DNA of 64,000 nucleotides from Yuukianura sp. NJ FZ-2021 (Eukaryota): NCBI GenBank assembly GCA_046563655.1, contig CM102285.1, positions 6,820,001 to 6,884,000 of the forward strand, read 5' to 3'. Shown piece by piece: positions 52,961 to 64,000 of this stretch (position 1 is its first letter; each line of letters starts with the position of its first letter). The notes under the pieces were generated by a model. It saw only the letters and a program-made list of their open reading frames with translations, ran no database searches and was not told where the DNA came from. The position numbers and the translations under genes were made by a program.

Positions 52961-55097
52961 CTAATTAAAAACAAAGGGAACCTTGGTGACGCAAATTCGC
53001 TGAAAATTTTCAACAATGTATTCGATAACAAAAGTTAATATTGGTAGTAACACTAAGTTCAAAAATACCAAAAATGGTACTCGAATCTTGTCATGCAAAT
53101 TTAGCACTTTTACAGTAGATTTAACATCCGCTTGAATTTGTCGTATATCTCTCAAAAATCTTAAATTTGCGTCCAAATTTTTCCAAAATTCAATTACTCC
53201 CACCTGTTCCATGTACTTCAATCTTGGCCGTATATTTGGATCTGTCACAAAAGTAAATTTCCATCCATAAGTTATGTTTCCCAAACTATCCGTTCCTTTT
53301 GCAAGGCTTTTGCTACCCGCAACTCCCGAGGTCTTCCACAGTCGATACTGGTGGTTCATTACGTCTGACCAATCAGCGTACGCCGATTTACAGTCTTTAA
53401 CCAATGGTGTCAATACGTCTGTATCATTAATGTTTTTAGATTCAAATTCATCCCAAGGAACACACAACTTTTCTATCACTAGTTTTAGCGTTGGTGGAAT
53501 TATACTTGTATTCGTATTTCGTACAAATTTTCTCCAATTTTTCACAGAAGCCACAAGAATTCCAAAAATTTTAGCTGAGGGCGTATAAATTCATGGAAAA
53601 ATTCGGGAGGACTTAACGTTTCATCTGCTGCGTTCAGGTCGACTCTTAGTCCTTGCTTTTCTCTTAGTTCGTTTTCTCCGTTATGCATTTCTTCCCTTTT
53701 TACATAGTCTTTCCAGCCCCATAACCTGAATGTACTTATACCATGGTTCGGTCGGACATAAATAGTCAAGTTTTTATCCATCACTTGACCAAAGTGAGTT
53801 ATAAGCTCCGGATTTCTTGGTGAAGTTATGTCGGCGGTAAAGAAACTTTTGTAACCATTGGTAACCACAATTAAAGTAAGCAACATACTGGTAGTTACCC
53901 AATACATGGCATTTAACCCATGGGGATTAGTTGCAGAATCCCAACTGTGTTCTAGCAGTGTAGAGTACACTGTTACAAATCCATCGCATTTTTTACCTTT
54001 TACTTTGGACACATTAGCCGTTACGCCCAAAGCAAAAAGAGCCACAACCAAAATGACCCAACTTTTCAAAGTAAACATGGAGATTAGACTGTTAAAATCT
54101 GAAATTTCTTCCAAAAACCCATCACATGTTAAAAATTGAAATTTGAGGTGATGAGTTTTTATAACAGAGTAGTATACCGAACGAAACTCAACGTACGGAC
54201 GTGCCTCTCTATGGTCAGGACAAAATCGTTGTGTAGTCCACTCAACGCTTTTGTTAGTAACCGCTTTGACGACAATGTGTTCCCAAGTGCCAAAGCTCGT
54301 ACTTGTAAGGCGCGAAATTCAAATTGTGCGGCATTTTGGGGTTAACGTTCCACTTGCGTTGTGGGTCTACTGATGTCCACTGTGCCTTAATTGTTCTAAG
54401 GTTTGTGGAATACCGAAATGGTATGAGAGGTGTCCACATTCTGTACATTCGGTGCAAATTACCCAGGTTCTTTTGATTGTGTAGCTGCATGACCGCTCGA
54501 CCTTTCCCAGGTCGTAGACTACACGCTGGGCCACTCCAACATAGTCGTAGAATGGTTGAGACAAGGTTCGTTGATACCAATGTTCTATCATCTTTTCATT
54601 GTACGGAGCAACTAAAGACAGGATTGCGGATCTGTCCAGTACAAATTCTTTGAATGCAAAGTCATCGCCTCTTCTGCGCATAACTTCATCTTTTCGCCAA
54701 AGTCTTGACCAAAATGGTAGGTTAGTTGGTACAGGAAAGAATATTTGGGCTGGCAGATCCTTTTTTCCAAAAGATGCAAATAGGAAAATGTAATTGAAAC
54801 ATTTAAGCTTAGAATATATATCTGGTTCTATCATTTTTTCATGCGGAAGTCGAGTGTTGTAAAAACCGGTCGTTTTTATGTCGTAGTGAAAATATACTCC
54901 ATATTTATATATACTAGGTTTTGCGTAAAGATAGGAAATTCAAGTGGTCCAAAATTTGTTGCGTTGAGGTTGATTACGTAAATATTATTACACTCTGAAG
55001 CAAACGGACTGAACCAAGGATTCAAGTCAATGTGTGATGCTGCAACTGTGGCAGTAGTTGTATAAAAAACTAGCCAACCATACACTGAATGGTACAT
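52961..55097 (-). pseudogene. Intronless multi-pass membrane protein, divergent ionotropic-receptor-like, frameshifted
   Basis: Consecutive ORFs in different frames form one protein: a signal-like N-terminus, TM1 (FTLKSWVILVVALFALG), an M3-like LIVVTNGYKSFFTADITSP, EQVGVIEFW, and a final TM (VPFLVFLNLVLLPILTFVIE). Confidence 0.55.
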
Positions 55098-55604
55098 TGT
55101 TACTGTGCGAGTGGCAAACAATTCATAATCAAGACTTCATAGTAGCAACGACGGTTGCTATGCCGATATGGTCACTGATAAAGGATAAAAATAACTTTTG
55201 ATTTTTAATAAATCTGAATAATAATAAATATAATAATAAATAAATAAAAGGCTCAAACTATCCATTCAAATCAAATTCCAATGCCAATGAAACCGTGAAA
55301 ATTTGAAAAGTAAAACCTCCAAACTCCATCAGCCAGAAGAAAGCATATGAGAATAAACGAAATTTCTAACACTCAAAATTTCGTGACCTGCCAAATTTAA
55401 TTTTCTCTAAAGTAAAATTTCATTCGTATTTAATAATCACTTTCGAAATTGAATCTATTTAAAATATAATTTTTTGCAATTCTTATAACTAAAAATTTTT
55501 AGCAGGTTAGGTTTATGTAAACACGAATACATATTATTTTACCGACAATTTTTTTCTGAAAAACACCTCTTTTCTGTTCCAATTTTTCCTAAATGTCAAA
55601 TATT

Positions 55605-56023
55605 GATTTTAAAATCAAAATCGGTTCATGTACATGCACAATTCAACGTTTATGTATTCCCGGTGGTCATAAGTGTTCAACAATAACAAAATTGAACGCT
55701 GAGGAGTGAGGTCAAATATCGTTTCTCTAAAATTGAAATTATATAAATTTCGTTTGAATTCAAATTTGAACCATCCCATGCACTGTTTACATATTACGAA
55801 TTTAAGTCGGATTTTCTACTTTCTAGTAAGTACCAAATTAACAACGTACATAAACATACTGTCAGAAAATGACAAGTTCAAAACTTACCTAACCTAACAC
55901 TCACACCATACATACTCCCCGTACATAATGGGGCTGACGTTTTAGTGCAAAAGATCCGGAAAACTGTGACGGACAGACAAACAGACAAAGCCGTATCAAT
56001 AGCCTTCCTCCAGAAGACTAAAA
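55605..56023 (+). mobile_element. Dispersed, truncated copy of the ~1-kb Helentron-like segment
   Basis: It matches ~3320-3885 (AAATCAAAATCGGTTCATGTA...GACAGACAAACAGACAAAGCCGTATCAATAG...CAGAAGACTAAAA), with the inner hairpin deleted. Confidence 0.7.
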
Positions 56024-56424
56024 CTTGCACGTTTTTTATTTTAGTTGCGTCCTTGGTGGAAATGAGCCTTATGAATTTAGAAGTTCGGACTGTCCTTTTT
56101 GCTTTTTTTTTACTTCATGACGGTTTCAGTTTATTGTTTATTGTGTATTGTGTATTGCTTATTGGGAAGGTTACAAATTTCTCAAATTCAATCGGAATGA
56201 CGCAGATAAAACAGTTCGACTAATTGAATAAAGTCGCATTTTTCGCATAAAAATCACCGTCACTTAATTTAATTAGACTTAGTTGCAAGCAAAAGGAAGA
56301 CAAAACATAGGGATATCAATTGTAATTTAACTGGCAGTATTGTAAACTACAAACTCATTTGGAAAAAAAAATCTAACAAATTCAAGGCTTCTTTGGAACC
56401 CAAAATTTTAAACAATTTCTCAAA

Positions 56425-57694
56425 ATGTTGGTCGACGAAGCACTTACATTCGATTTCTTAGCTGAGAAAGGTAAATGCATTTGCATAATTAGAAAAATCG
56501 CAGAAATTCTTGACGTGCAACAGTTCTCTTTTTCTCGGTTTTTGAAAAATATTTTAATAGCAACTTGGTTTTGCTTTCTACTTACGCCTGAACGTTTTGT
56601 TTTCGTTAGCTGAGTCACTTTCCAAGAAGTCAGTTGCTCCCCCAAAAGTTGTTTTTGACTTTGGTGAATTGCTGGATCCAAACCATGGGCCACGGCAGGT
56701 CAAGGGCGAGTACTTCCCGCTTAATTCAAAATACAAACGTCCAACTCTGACTCCGGAAGAACTGGACTCAATGAACGCCGACTTGAAAATCTGGTTCAAC
56801 ACTCTTTTTGACTCAACTGGTAAATCAACATTTTTGGACAACTTGGTTGAGGCAAGTTCACTGGTGGCTGCCTATGTCAACCCATTTGTACCCATCGACA
56901 GTCCAAAAATGAAACTGCTCAGCTACATGTACCTATGGCTGTGGATCATGGACGAAACGCTAGAATCAGCCGTAGCAAACAGAGTTCCTGTGAAAACACT
57001 TTGTGCAGGAATGATGCAGTTGATAGACGTTTTAGAAAATGATGCAACAGTTTATACCGAAGTTGAGAACTTTTCAGATTTTCGTCGTATATTTCACGCC
57101 TTGGTGGATCTGAACCGACGCTCCCAAGAACTGATTCCCGATTGGAAAAACACCCGAAAACCATTATGCAGATACTTGCGCAAAATACTGGAAACAACGC
57201 GGTGGGCAGCAGTTAGACCAATTGACCACCAGTATTCTGAAGAAATGTTCCAGCATTACAGAAAGCTCATGACATTCGCCGACCTATCAATAGAAGTTAT
57301 CTGGATTTTGGTTGGAAATTTGCTTCCGACTGAAATATTGCGAGCGCCTTCGTTCAGACAATTTTTAGACATTTCGAGCTCCGTTGCTGGAGGTATCAAT
57401 GACTTGTTGGGATTGAAAAAGGAATTTGAAAATGCAGGGTTTGACAACCTCATTATTTTCAAAGTTTTTCAAAAAGGAATTCCAGTAGACGTGGCTGCTC
57501 AAAGCGTGTTGTCTACAATTCAAATTGACACTGCAGACTACCTGCTTCTGCGTCAAAGTATTTTGGACGAATTCGACCATCATCCAGATTTAGTCAAATA
57601 TTTGCATGTCGCAGATTCATTTTTATTTGGAGTTAACCAGATGTATGTACAGTCACGACGACACCGTGGCATGAAGTGTATTAAATTAATTTAA
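56425..57694 (+). CDS. Microbial-type class I terpene synthase-like protein (2 exons)
   Basis: Exon 1 is 56425-56470, the phase-1 GT-AG intron is 56471-56609, and exon 2 is 56610-57694. Motifs are WLWIMDETLE (DDxxD-like), YRK (pyrophosphate-sensor Arg position), INDLLGLKKE (NSE-like), DNLI and SRRH (RY-like). Confidence 0.8.
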
Positions 57695-58099
57695 TAGATG
57701 AGTAATCTCATCAAAACAAAGCTGGCTATGTTATATGCTGTTAGAAAACTTTAGAGGTTTCTTCTGTCATGTGATGTTTAAACTAAGGTTTGTAAACAAG
57801 AAAATAGTTTTTTCTTCAACAGGTTAGGCAATAACTCAAGCGTTTTAAATTTTGTTTAAAAATTAGCAAAACTTGGTTCACCGGGCCTTCCTATGGTAAT
57901 GATTTATATGCAATCAAATGGGATTGGGCGAGAATTGGACGAAAAAATTGTTTGGAGCGATTTTTTTGTAAACAGCACTTATTGCCAAACCTCTTAAAGC
58001 AAAACAATTTCGTTGTTGTAGCAACCTTGTGTTTAAACCATGTTATAATATAATTAATCTTCCATCTAGTTTGTTAACAATTATTATTCAAGAAATAAT

Positions 58100-58480
58100 T
58101 CATTCCAAGTAATTAAATTTCGAAATGTGAACAACAAGTTAGCACCCACAGGAATGTACTCGACGTTATGCAATTCGATTTCCCTCCATTGCGTGTTAAT
58201 CACTTTCACTTTCACTTTTCCGACTCCAAGTGAATTCATTTCGGAATTATCCGCAATCGTCACTGTTTTTGGTTTTGAATATTCTACATACTCAAAAAAC
58301 CAATCACGTCTGCCGCAGTAGTGCCTGCCGGCACCTATATCATTAATCGATTCATTTTCCATGGTTAGATTAGCTCCCGCCATATAAGCACTTCGAGAAC
58401 TTTCACTTTTTCGTAGACTTTCACTTTTGTGAAATGTACAAAGTGCAACGTAAGGTTTTAAGTAACCTCTACAAGCCAAT
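58100..58480 (-). mobile_element. Ty1/Copia gag-protease fragment
   Basis: INDIGAGRHYCGRRDWF...VTIADNSEMNSLGVGKVKV...IELHNVEYIPVGANLL is a degenerate Copia DSGA-H protease region. Confidence 0.8.
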
Positions 58481-59514
58481 GCTAACCAAAATTCGAAGGT
58501 TAAGACCTAAATTTTTGATTGAATGCATTTTTTATTATGTTTCATGTCGAATCGTAGAAGCGGGTAAATTCTATCCTCCACATGGTGTACATGATGGAGG
58601 GAGAAACTATGCTTCTTTTTATGATGCCCCTTACCTAAAACTGTAACCTACAAGTACAACTAGTATGTTAAACCGAAATACAATTTCAGTGTTGCATTTC
58701 AAATGTGTTGAAAATACACAACATGTAGAAATTAATTGCGAAAACTGGATAATTGTTCAGCATCAGTTTAATTACTGTTATCTATTATAATGCTAAACTG
58801 GGTATATTTGTCTACGTAATACGGTAAGGGAATGGGCGGGAATCCATCCTTGTAATTCTTTGCTGACTTCTACTCGATTTAGCACTTTTCATCGTGGTAT
58901 TCTAGAGTTTTCAGAAGCAGTGGTCCATTTTTGTCGGCCAATTTTGCATCACCGAATCCAATCTCCTTAAAGTGTTTCAACATCTTCTTTGTGAATTTTT
59001 GGTCCGCTGATCTGTTCTCAGTTGTTGCAACCCAGAAGAATTGGTCAGCCCCAAATATGCAACAGGTTCCAGCCATATACGTCTTGTTATCCGTCTTCGT
59101 CACAATAAAGTCACCACCAACTACAAGCATTCACAATTTGTTTTTTTTTTGTTTAGATTTTCGTGAGTTTGGGCTTATACCTATAGCAGTTATGGAGAAA
59201 TACCAAATTCTTACATGGTTTCTGGCGTGATTTTCCAGGAAGGAGTACACAACCTCCGCTTCCAGTCGAGGAGTAAGTGCAATCGAATTCAGCAGAAAAT
59301 GGCTTCTTGTCCATGTCACCACTTAGCTTGAAGCACACCGTCTGTGGAACCGATCGTCCCATAAATGCATCCATTTTTCATCACCCTCCTCACAGTTGGT
59401 GCAGTCTGAGTGAAATGGATAGTAGAACGGCCCGGATCGAAGCTACAAAAATATTAAATTTCATATTAGTTTAAAATTTTGTACTGAAAATTTACGATTT
59501 ATATATATATATAT

Positions 59515-61745
59515 GTTTATAAGAGGGGGCTCACTACCTATTGATTAGGATAGTGAGGCCCACGCTGAACATGCGCTATATGGCATATTTCAGTCTCTCC
59601 TAGAAAAACAGCGTTATTCTATCGGGGTATCCCTCTGCTTTCCCCGATTTAACCTCCCTGACCTCTTTGTAAAGTCAAGTAGGGAGGGCAGAGGGATGTC
59701 TGCAAGGTCTGTTCTACAGTGCGGGAAAAAATTATAGGGACAAGCATATTTTTGACGATAACTCTACTAATTGGCAATCTAAGTCAGCCAAAAAATTATT
59801 TAATACGGGAATGTACGATATAAAACTATGGTGAAAGTTTCATTAAGATACGTTTTTCCGTTTTCGAATTAAGTCAAAAAAACCGAAGTGAAAGTTGAAA
59901 AACCTGGAAAAAATTATAAGGACACGACATGTTTTCGGTCCAAATAATTCAGCACTACAAATTCAATTGTTGTAGTAGGCTGCCCAAACTTTCAGGATCA
60001 TTTTTTAAGTGTTTGTGGCAAATTTTAAGCTATTTTTCGGAAAAATCCGAAAAAACCGAAAATACCCGAATTCGGGTATTTTCGGTTTTTTCGGATTTTT
60101 GAACGGGATTCTTTGAGGGGACTTATAGGGAGCCTGTGGTGAAAATTTGAGCAAAATCCGCACGCTACTTCCCGAGATTCGGCACTTCAAAATTCGGACA
60201 ACATTTTTTTGAAAAATGGTGCATCTAACTAATGTTAAAATATTTTAAAACTTAATCACGTTTTTTAAAACTGGCCAATCTCGAGAACTAGCGTGCCGAT
60301 TTTGCTCAAATTTTTACCACATGCTCCATATAAGTCCCCTCAAAGAATCCCGTTCAAAAATCTGAAAAAACCGAAAATACCCGAATTCGGGTATCTTCGG
60401 TTTTTTCGGATTTTTCTGAAAAATTGCTTAAAATTTGCCCCAAACACTTAAAAAATGATCCTGAAAATTTGGATAATTTACTACAACAAATGAATTTGTA
60501 GTGCTGAATTGTTTGGACCGAAAAAGTGCCGTGTCCTTATAATTTTTTCCAGGTTTTTCAACTTTCACTTCGGTTTTTTTGAGGTAATTCAAAAACGGGT
60601 GAATGAATCTTAATGAAATTTTCACCATAGTTTTATATTGTACATTCACGTATTATATAATTTTTTGGCTTATTTAGGTTAACAATTCGTGGAGTTATCT
60701 TCAAAAATATGCTTGTCCCTATAATTTTTTCCAGTACTGTATCTAGGAATGCTTTCCCAAACAGAACAAGCCTAGTATGGGCGTGCCCCTCGCATCCCAA
60801 CAGAAAATGGTCTCTACTTTGCTCCTCCTTCCCTCAGACACTGCAGGTTGGGGAGTCCGCAAGTCCTATTCTGTATAGGTGCTTTGCTAGCAAGCAATGT
60901 CCGGTCACAATCATAGCCAGTAGACGCAAAGATCCTCGGCTGAGGTTTAGACAGAACTTTGCCGTTTTTTTGCTGAAACTCGTCAGCAGCGTTTTTGCGT
61001 CTTTGCAGTCCTGGCTGTTTCTCCACTTTTCCTCGTGGCACTGCTTCCCCCATCTGCTGATAGCAGTGTGTACAGTGCTCACAGGTACAGGTAGAGTAGG
61101 CGCAGGACCAACAAATGTATTTCCGTTGCCTCCTTAGCTAACCCTTCGACAGTCTCGTTCCCTTCGTACCCGCTATGTGCTGGTATCCAGTGTACTGTGA
61201 CTTGCCTGGTGTTGGCCAATGTGTTGAGCGCGTCAAAGCATTCTCTAACCATGCCAGCTTGTGGCCAAGGGCTAATTAGAGAGTCTAGAACGCTCTTTGA
61301 GTCTACGTAAATGTGCGCGGGGAAGACATTCCTTTGGAGTAATAGTCTTCTCGCTGCACATAAAAGAGCAAAAACCTCCGCCTGGGGCACGCTAGGGTGC
61401 TTTCCCAGGGGTAGTTTGTACCCTTTTGCTGGTCCATCCGGTGGTGCGATGTAAAACGCTGCACCAGATTTCCCGTCAATACGTGAACCGTCAGTGTAGC
61501 AGTTTATCGCATCACTAGGAGGACCACGTTTTGCCCGTTCCTTCCACTGCTTCCTCGAGATCACTTCTATCTCAAAGTATATCTTAGTCGGCAGTATGTT
61601 ATATCTCTCGCAAGGAAATCCCATTTCTGGGATATCCCATGCGAATGATTCGCAGACTTGTGCGTGAGTTTGGGTCTTCAGAAAGTTGACCCTAGCGGGA
61701 ATCCAGTCACTAGAGATTCTAAGCCGGTGCATGGTCCGGAGTTAC
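59515..61745 (-). mobile_element. 5'-truncated non-LTR retrotransposon (I/LOA-like) with RNase H and C-terminal Zn-knuckle
   Basis: The RNase H reads CYTDGSR...QAEVFAL...IYVDSKS...VHWIPAHSGYEGNE and the knuckle reads TGHCLLAKHLYRIGLADSPTC. An (AT)n tract lies at ~59500-59514, and the element is split by a MITE. Confidence 0.85.
59717..60739. mobile_element. ~1-kb palindromic Tc1/mariner-type MITE nested in the LINE
   Basis: TA|CAGTGCGGGAAAAAATTATAGGGACAAGCATATTTTTGA...TCAAAAATATGCTTGTCCCTATAATTTTTTCCAGTACTG|TA. The arms extend for several hundred bp. Confidence 0.88.
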
Positions 61746-62859
61746 GATTTATAAAGGAGAATAATATTGTAAGTTTCTTACAAACTCGTCTGAGATAGGC
61801 TTTTTCTTGGGTTTAATACACTCCTTCATTCCGTCACTCCATGGCAATACGACGACCAACAGGCCAAGAGCAAGCACGAAATTCATTGTTGAATTGGTTC
61901 CTTTCCGGCTGCAGGTCTTTGCTTTCGAAGAAATAAATAAGACTGATGCTAAACTACAAATTCGAGCCCGTACATAAAGCCCGTTCAAACAATAAACAAT
62001 GGAGAAGCGGAATTGAACAAGGCTAAATTTATCAAGGACTTAAGGAAATTTTTCGGAAATGCGTCAATTAAAGTAACAATTGGCACGAGCTAAATTCAAC
62101 AAACAACTCTACCGCCATATTGGAATAAGGGAATATTGTCCAATGTTCTGCTACGTGGATTCGCTTTTTGGCATAATTTCTAGAAAAAAAAACGAAATCA
62201 AGGATTTTCCATTGTTTGAAGTCTTAACGATGATTGAAAATTGCTGTTATTGTTCTTATTAAACTTAGTGACGCATTTAAATACATAACTGGACGTAACG
62301 TCTTAAAATAGGGGAGAACGTTGGAAACCGAATAGATGTGACTAGACCAGTGGTCAGTCGCATCGAGTAATGCAAGGTCTGGTTTTTGGCCTCCTCCAGT
62401 TAGGTTGTTTAGGTTAGGTGCCAGTGGTGTTGTCGCGGCGGGAGAAGAGAAAATGAAAGACAAAGTTGAAACAATTGGAAACCAAAGTTGAAGAATTGAA
62501 ATCCAATTGAAACTTCATTAGTACAACGAAAAGAAAATTTTCAGTTTTTAAACTAATTCTCTATTTAAATGTTTCATCCAGAATTTTAATTTAAGTCTAA
62601 ATTGAAATTAAATTCATAGGGTTTGCAGCGCGTTGCAGATTTCTAAACTTCTGCGGGGCGTTTTGTATTTAGAATTTATTCAAAAATTTTACTTTTCTCA
62701 CTGCTCTCCATTTGCCTTAAACAGCTTATATATCAAAAATATTTTTAAATTTTGAACAGTTGAAAGTTGTTGGGTACAAAGTTTGTTTTGTCAAATTGTG
62801 TAGAAAAATTTTCTTAAAGTTTTTGTTTATCGCTTTAAATTTTCGATGTATTGTTCCAG

Positions 62860-63680
62860 TCCTTCCCAGTTGGCCATATAGTCAATGTGTCGTTGACCTT
62901 GAGGGCCAACACTCAAATTTTTGCTTTTGGGGGTTCTACAGTTGACCTGTACTGGCAGGAGCATGTAAACTTCTGCCTAGTCGTATGTAGTATCGATCTG
63001 TGAGTCCGATGTCTTTTGCGTCATCTTCATCTTCAAAAGTTGACACCAAGCTCGGAGATTTTTTTTTGTCATTTCTCACCCTGAGAAAACGCAGAATTAA
63101 ATTACATAATAAAAGTTGAATTAAGTAAATCGTTTTAGGAAATCATTTTAGTACATTCGTCCTTCCCGAATATCTTCAAAAAGTTTAGCAGAAGAGTTGA
63201 AGTCAATGAGACGAATGACTACACCACAGTTTGGACAAGTATTGCTTGACCTTCCCTCAATTCTGTGTTTCCGTTCAGGAGTTAAGGAAGGGCGTTCAAT
63301 GTAAAATTCACCCGGAAGAAACCACGAATTCACCCGGAACAGATTTTAACACCCATCAAACAACATGCAACAAACTGCATCAAACGGAACGCATAAATAA
63401 TACACGCGGAAGATTTAAAAGGGTAAGTAAATTAAATGGAGCAGGAACCGCGAAAAGTATTTTTTGAGAAAAAGACATTTCACGTGAGGCAGACAATGAT
63501 TCCTGACCTGAATGACCTCTGACCGATGCTTACTCTTGCCTAACAAAATGACTTGATGGAAGACTAAAGCAGAGAGAGCTGTTGATGGGTAGAGGCGTTT
63601 ATTGAGACTAGCCCTGTCTATATACAATTTTCCCTATCTCTCATCATTTTGAATTGTATTCCCGCCGGGGTCTCACCTTA
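62860..63680 (-). other. Possible 3' exons of an unidentified gene
   Basis: There are splice-like boundaries (for example TTTTCTCAG|GG at ~63082) and short open frames, but no recognisable motif. Confidence 0.25.
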
Positions 63681-64000
63681 TCCCGTTGCACACGAGTTTT
63701 GTAAAGTTTAATTAATAATTAAGAAAACTTACAGAATGTTTTCTAGGTCGAACAACCTAATGTTATGTTAAAATTTCAAAAAGTTATGAGTTTGTAACTA
63801 CATTTGGAAATGTAATCCTAGGTGGCTTAGAACATTGCTCTCATTCTCTCATGATTTTGATCGTGGAATCTGTGAAGAAACACAAAGGATTGCGAAAAGT
63901 AAGTTGCAAAAGTAAATAAAATGTTTCATTTGTGTACATTATGCTTGACCTTATATATTTTTCAATGAATATTAAGGTCAATGACCTTAACTTTACTAAG

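Larger units (their letters stand above)
58879..61884 (-). pseudogene. Secreted, possibly lipocalin-like protein, interrupted and frameshifted
   Basis: A signal-peptide exon at 61884-61780 (MNFVLALGLLVVVLPWSDGMKECIKP...ISDEF|gt) could splice to ~59442 (LRSGPFYYPF). The last exon reads FIVTKTDNKTYMAGTCC...FWVATT. The middle exon does not stay in frame. Confidence 0.35.

Overview
This is eukaryotic, AT-rich, intron-containing animal DNA. The gene content looks arthropod and most resembles a springtail, which is an inference. In order along the window: (1) a partial C2H2 zinc-finger ORF and a 39-bp minisatellite ORF; (2) a Helitron/Helentron-associated composite array of 224-bp tandem units alternating with a ~1-kb hairpin-ended element, with an embedded Rep fragment; (3) an SLC35G/EamA transporter gene with one in-frame stop; (4) a giant spliced gene (12 traced exons, ~4,000 aa) with a SecA-type DEAD ATPase core, an N-terminal Gly-rich segment and a C-terminal hydrophobic segment; (5) a small orphan membrane-protein gene, a SMYD gene with one in-frame stop, an intact parvin gene and a ZAD-like/C2H2 gene; (6) a ~17-kb block with a berberine-bridge-like FAD oxidase, a disrupted CYP9-like P450, a disrupted ionotropic-receptor-like gene, a microbial-type class I terpene synthase with a spliceosomal intron, and a possible lipocalin. 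MITEs with clear TIRs/TSDs, Copia and LINE fragments, and long palindromes are scattered throughout. The best candidates for new biology are the giant SecA-like protein and the possible animal terpenoid gene cluster. All family calls come from recognising motifs by eye; no searches were run.
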